Shown here piece by piece: positions 59,117 through 64,000 of a stretch of 64,000 nucleotides of DNA (within the stretch, counting starts at the first letter, position 1; each line of letters begins with the position of its first letter). The position numbers and the translations under genes were made by a program. The DNA is taken from assembly GCA_002269645.1 (NCBI GenBank), contig NIVC01001486.1:124001-188000 (forward strand). The letters are read 5' to 3'. A model generated the notes under the pieces. It saw nothing but the letters and a program-made list of their open reading frames with translations, was not told where the DNA came from and searched no databases. This DNA is from Macrostomum lignano (taxonomy: Eukaryota).

Positions 59117-62100
59117 GACTTACTTACTTGACTTAGCTGAAGGGGGCTCCGTGAATCCTAATGCAGTGAGGAGGCGTTGCCGCTGGCGACCACAGGCAGC
59201 TGCATGGTGCTGCGGTGTCGCGCAGGGAGATGCGGTGGGGCCGGTGTCCGCAGCGCGGTCCTCCTTCAGAGAGTCCAGGAGGTGGGAGGTGGATGGTCGC
59301 TCGCCCGGTAGCCCTTAGGTAGCGGAGGAGCTGGCAGAAATTCTCGGGCCTGGAAACGTTGGAGAAGTCCGGGTTTGTGCCGAGGTAGGTGAGCCTGTCC
59401 TGAGTAAAGGCTTGGCATTCACAGATGAATTGCTCCACATTCTCGACACTGGAGAGGCAGAATGGGCATTCCTTGCTACGGATTTTTACATGGAGGTAAC
59501 GATGCCTGGCAAAACAGCCATGACCCGAGAGGGCCATGGTCACTGCCCTAATGTCCCTGCACGCGGTTGAGTCCAAGCAGGGCCCTGCGAAGGCCGGAAG
59601 GACAGGGGACAGCCGCGCGGAATTGCCGGCATTCGGGGGCGTTAGCCCACCTCTCCCTGTGCTTAGAAGCCACCTACTGGTTGATCGGAGTGGTGACAAC
59701 GGCGATGGGGGTGGGGGCCACGATCAGGGGACCAGTAAAAGAACCGGTCGAGCCAGCCTTGGCCAGGCGATCGGTGAACTCGTTGCCGGGGTGGCCTGAG
59801 TTCCTGGGATCCACATTAGGAACACCTTGTTGGAGGCGCCTAAGCGGTTGAGCTGCCTGATGCAGTCAAGGACTGTACGCGAGCAGGTGGTGGTGCGCTC
59901 AAGGGCGTGAATCGCCGCTTGACTGCCGAGTGGAAGGTAATCTCCTTCCCCCAGATGCGCTGATTATACAGCTCTATGGCGCAGAAGCTGATGGCGAGAA
60001 TTTCGTTCTGGAAATCGGTGGAGCAGGCGCCGGTGTGCTGGAAGATCGCCAACACGGTTTTCCTTCCAAACACGATGCAGTAGTCGTAGTCAAAGGCGGA
60101 GTTGATTTGGGACCCGTCAGTGAAGCTCCTTCCAGACACGATGCAGTAGTCGTAGTCAGAGACGGAGTTGATTTGGGACCCGTCAGTGAAGCTCCTTCCA
60201 GACACGATGCAGTAGTCGTAGTCAGAGGCGGAGTTGATTTGGGACCCGTCAGTGAAGCTCCTTCCAGGCACGATGCAGTAGTTGTAGTCAGAGGCGGAGT
60301 TGATTTGGGACCCGTCAGTGAAGCTCCTTCCAGACACGATGCAGTAGTCGTAGTCAGAGGCGGAGTTGATTTGGGACCCGTCAGTGAGCAATGGATTTCT
60401 CGGGGTTTCCAGTTGTTCCTAGTGGAATGCTGGTTTTGAATTTGCGTGGATCGGATTCCGTCCGAGAGGGTCAACAGGCTTCTCGCTGCTTCCAGGTCTC
60501 GCAGTCTGAGGTCGACGTGCGGCCGAAAGTTCCGCTTTTTGAAGACAAACTGCTTCTGGATTTGGACACCCGCGTCAAGCAGACTGCTGGTGGTCTTCAC
60601 TGCCTCCCCGCTGACAAAAAGGTCAAGTGGGGAATGTCCAGGAAGGAGTTCATGAAAGCAAAGGGTATAGAGGCGCTCATGATAGCTAGACAAGTGCGGC
60701 CATGCACCCTGTTAAGAGCATCGAGAACCCCTTTCACCTCTACGGCGCTGTTCCATTTGAAGCCGGCGAAGGAGATGGCATTGTAAATTCACCAGAGGCC
60801 TCAGGTAGCGCCGAAAGCTCTGCGTATCTTTCGGAAGCTCTCGAAAGCTTTGCGGGCTTTAAATTGGACACCTCTTTAAACCAAACCAAACCTGGTCGAG
60901 GGGGACGCCCAGACATCTGGTTTGTTTCTCCATGGCAACGGGGTTGCCATAGAGGGAGAGCGGTTCTATGCTCCAGTTTCGGCGGCTGGTGAACATGCTA
61001 GCCACAGTTTTAGACTCAAAGAACCTGAGGCCGCAGCTGTGTGCCAGCGCTCGGCACTATGGATGACGGCTTGGAGAAGGTCTCTGAGGACCGTGGGTAA
61101 TGGTCCAGCGACAGTGGCAGTAACATCGTCCGCATAGCCGACCTTCTGAACTGAGTCCGGATGCGAGCTACAAAGCAGCTCGTTCATGACCAAGTTACAG
61201 AGAATCGGGTTGAGGACTCCATCTTGCGGTCTGCCTTTCTGGACCTCCACAGAGCGGGAGTGTCCCGGAGGTGCGAGGTGGCAGTACGATGGGAGACCAT
61301 GTACATGATCCAGCGGGTAAGGTGCTCGTGCGTGCCCCGGGATTCCAGGGCCCGCTAAAGGCTTCAAATAGCACATTATTAAAAGCATCAGGAAAAGCAA
61401 CAGCGTGTATCCACTGCCAAGCACGGCGCGTTTCAACTTATCGACAATGGCGTGCAGCGCACCTTCGATGGAGTGTCCAGGACGAAAGGCGTATTGATTG
61501 GGGGACAGCGGAGAGTTCCTCAGCTCCACAAGGAGGAGACGCCAGAGCACCAGCCGTTTGAGGAAGTTTGAGGAAGAAAGACTGATGGGGCGGTAAGCTT
61601 TGGCAGAATGATAGTCTCCCTTCCCTGGTTTGAGTATGAAGACTATGGTTGCCTCTTGCCAGGCTTTTGGCACGTCCCCGAGGGTAATGCTGGCCTTGAA
61701 GAGGTTGCAGAGGAGACCAAGAAACCTGTCATTTTTTACTGCCTCATTGAGGAAGGCAGGATAAATGTTGTCAGGTCCCGGTGACTTGAAAGGAGAGAAT
61801 AGGATTTTGCGGCGCGAGCCATCGTCTCTCTAGTAATGATGGTCGAAGCCAGGATCTGTCCACCCGGAGAGTGGTCCGGGGGGGGGGACCTAGCTGCTGC
61901 ACGGCACGTGGGAAAGAGCCTGTGAGCATGATTTCCAGGGATTCCTCGGGGTTCTCCGCGAGCCGGCCATTGGGTCTTTTAATGAATAAGAGCTTTGAAT
62001 TTTTGTCGAGGTTGAGAGCCTTGATAACGCGTGAAGTAGGGCGGGTGCCTTCAAACTTGGCGCAGTATTGGCACCACTAGTCGATCGGACTTGGATTTCC

Positions 62101-62214
62101 TGGTTTCACGCTTAAAGTCACAAATCGCGTCTTGATAAGCGCCCAGCTCAGCTGGGTCCTTGCTCTTGCCAGCTTTCCGTTGGAGGCACTTTGCCTTGCG
62201 CCGTAGTTGATGAG
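59117..62214 (-). mobile_element. Degenerate LOA/I-group LINE ORF2 (linker, RT, RNase H, Cys-knuckle, AAGT tail)
   Basis: PKAWQEATIVFILKPGK..YRPISL, NQYAFRPG, PQDGVLNPIL.NLVM, GYADDV, TDGS, LSGHGCFARH across frameshifts; tail GCTAAGTCAAGTAAGTAAGTC. Confidence 0.92.
60063..60388. repeat. 66-bp tandem repeat (~5 copies) inside LINE RNase H
   Basis: Period 66 (e.g. TGAAGCTCC at 60121 and 60187); encodes FTDGSQINSASDYDYCIVSGRS per unit on the minus strand. Confidence 0.93.
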
Positions 62215-62402
62215 TGTAGTGTACGCTCTGCGCGGTAATAATGTACTTGGCTTGGTCGATGAACTAACTCGTAGCAATACTCTTATTACGCAATGCTCTC
62301 GGGCCTATAAATATATTGAATTGAGCAGTCGGCTCATTTAAGTGCATCGTTTCTCTCGCCAAACTAAATAGCTAGTCTGAGTCATTACATGGCGTCGCAA
62401 GC
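62215..62402 (+). mobile_element. Gypsy 5' LTR (62215-62389) and primer-binding site (62390-62402)
   Basis: TGTAG...TTACA termini, TATAAATA near 62306, followed directly by TGGCGTCGCAAGC. Confidence 0.8.
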
Positions 62403-62459
62403 AAACTCTCAGTGAGGCCAACCCCCCGCGCACTGATAACGACCGGTGATTCAGCAAAT

Positions 62460-64000
62460 ATGGCACAGGCCCTGCAACTCGCGGCACCAGACGCCTTTGA
62501 CCTCGAAGGCGATCCTCTGACAAGAGCTCAGCGATGGAAAACCTGGACGCGAAGGTTCAGCAGCTACATACGCGCAGCTGGCATCACAGATGCGACACAG
62601 CAGCTGGAGCTCTTAGTTTACACTGCGGGCGAGAAGCTGGAAGACTTCATGGACGATAACGGCATCAAGAAAGGAGAGTCCGCGGAGGAGCTCATCAAAA
62701 AGTTGCAGGGTATCTTCGACCAAAAGAACAGCGTTGTCTTCCTCAGGTACCAGTTTGAAATATGCCGGCAGGAGGAAGGAGAGTCAATTGAGGCCTGGTA
62801 TCATCGGCTACGCAAGGCTGCGGACCAATGTACGTTCGGCGAACTCCGAGACTCGCTCATCAGGGACAAGATCGTGGCTCATTACCGGTCCGAGAGGATC
62901 AGGAGGGAACTCCTGCAGCTCAACGATGTCTCCTTAGACGACGTTTTGAAGCGAATCCGAGCGAGGGAGGCAGCGGAGCAGCAGGCCCAGGCCATGGAGA
63001 TCGGCGCCGCAGCCGACACGGGCCATCCTTCCGCTTCGAATGTGGCGGCGCTGCGTCCACCTCGTAACCGACCATCCCATACAACCAGGCCGGCTGCCGC
63101 GGCAAGAGACAGCGGCATCAACTGCGATCGCTGCGGGCGACCAGGGCATCAGACGTGCGAGGCAGCCCGTAACAAGGCGTGTCGACGCTGCGGCAAGATG
63201 GGTCATTTCGCTCGGGCGTGTCGAGGAGCAGCTAAAGTCCCTCTGAGGACCGTTGACGAACCGCAGGAGGAGGCTCCGCCGGGTCGAGTCGAATATCTGC
63301 AAGACGACCCCATCGAGCACGAGCTATTCACCCTGAGGAACTACGGCTCTACTTGGACGCCTGCGACAATTAACGGGCTCAAGACAAAGGTGCTCATCGA
63401 CAGCGGCGCGGCCTGCAACATCATCGACAGGGCGGCCTACGACAGGATGCCGCAAAAAGCCGCGCTGCAGCCCGCAAGCGACAAGGTCTACCCATACGGA
63501 AGCCAAGAGCCGCTGAGATTGCTGGGCAAGGCAGACCTGCAAGTCAGCGCGTTCGAGATCCACGAGACACTACCGTTCTTGGTGCTCGACGGTGAGGGCG
63601 CTTGCATCATTGGCCGGAGAAGCGCTGAAAGACTTCAGATTCTGCGAGTCGGCCCGGAGAACAAGGTGGCATGCCAGCTGCGTCCGTCTCCCGAGGTCTC
63701 GCTAGACAGCATGCTAACAGGGATCCCAAAGGACGTCCTACATGCGCCGGGGGCACCGGCCCTGCACAAACTCCTAACGGAGAACGCACAGGTCTTCAGC
63801 GGAATCGGCAGGCTCAAAAACTATGCCGCCCGCATCTTCCTGGAGGAGGGAGCCAGGCCGATCTGTCATTCCCCATCAAGGGTGCCAATACATCTCGCAC
63901 AGGCAGTCGACGCCGAGCTGCAGTGCCTCGAGGACCAAGGCATCATCGAGCCGGTGGAAGGCCCCTGTCCGTGGGTAGCCCGCATCGTCGTCGTGCCCAA
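62460..64000 (+). CDS. Gypsy gag-pol (single open frame, runs off window)
   Basis: Manual translation is open from ATG 62460 to the window end: gag (RWKTW, RQEEGESIEAW, IRDKIV), knuckles CDRCGRPGHQTC and CRRCGKMGHFARAC, protease LIDSGA, RT start (GIIEPV...PWVARIVVVP). Missing from the ORF track because no stop lies in the window. Confidence 0.93.
   Translation, partial: MAQALQLAAPDAFDLEGDPLTRAQRWKTWTRRFSSYIRAAGITDATQQLELLVYTAGEKLEDFMDDNGIKKGESAEELIKKLQGIFDQKNSVVFLRYQFEICRQEEGESIEAWYHRLRKAADQCTFGELRDSLIRDKIVAHYRSERIRRELLQLNDVSLDDVLKRIRAREAAEQQAQAMEIGAAADTGHPSASNVAALRPPRNRPSHTTRPAAAARDSGINCDRCGRPGHQTCEAARNKACRRCGKMGHFARACRGAAKVPLRTVDEPQEEAPPGRVEYLQDDPIEHELFTLRNYGSTWTPATINGLKTKVLIDSGAACNIIDRAAYDRMPQKAALQPASDKVYPYGSQEPLRLLGKADLQVSAFEIHETLPFLVLDGEGACIIGRRSAERLQILRVGPENKVACQLRPSPEVSLDSMLTGIPKDVLHAPGAPALHKLLTENAQVFSGIGRLKNYAARIFLEEGARPICHSPSRVPIHLAQAVDAELQCLEDQGIIEPVEGPCPWVARIVVVP

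Overview
Eukaryotic, intron-containing, repeat-rich animal DNA. GC-rich codon use with poly-Ala/Gly tracts and WSC-domain expansion suggest a free-living flatworm such as Macrostomum (inference only). Left third: two divergent housekeeping genes. One is the 5' end of a Mi-2/CHD3-5 remodeller (minus, runs off the window). The other is a complete 3-exon STAR/KHDRBS (Sam68-like) gene whose 12.6 kb first intron holds stacked Helitron relics and an open 1552-aa RepHel ORF with an in-frame deletion of helicase motif II. From 31.2 to 58.8 kb lies a same-strand cluster of two-exon genes for small secreted proteins (signal peptide + WSC domain, phase-1 intron, PAN/apple-like domain): 4 intact, 2 disrupted, 1 orphan exon, in two subfamilies, with substitutions concentrated in the WSC domain and signs of sequence exchange between copies. 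This is the best candidate for an undescribed system (a diversifying glycan-recognition family). The rest is mobile DNA: LOA-like LINE pieces, an open Gypsy gag-pol nested in a LINE, a solo LTR, tRNA-derived SINEs, MITEs/foldbacks, a Penelope relic with a hammerhead ribozyme motif, and several minisatellites. Splice models were checked by hand for GT/AG and phase; no database searches were run.
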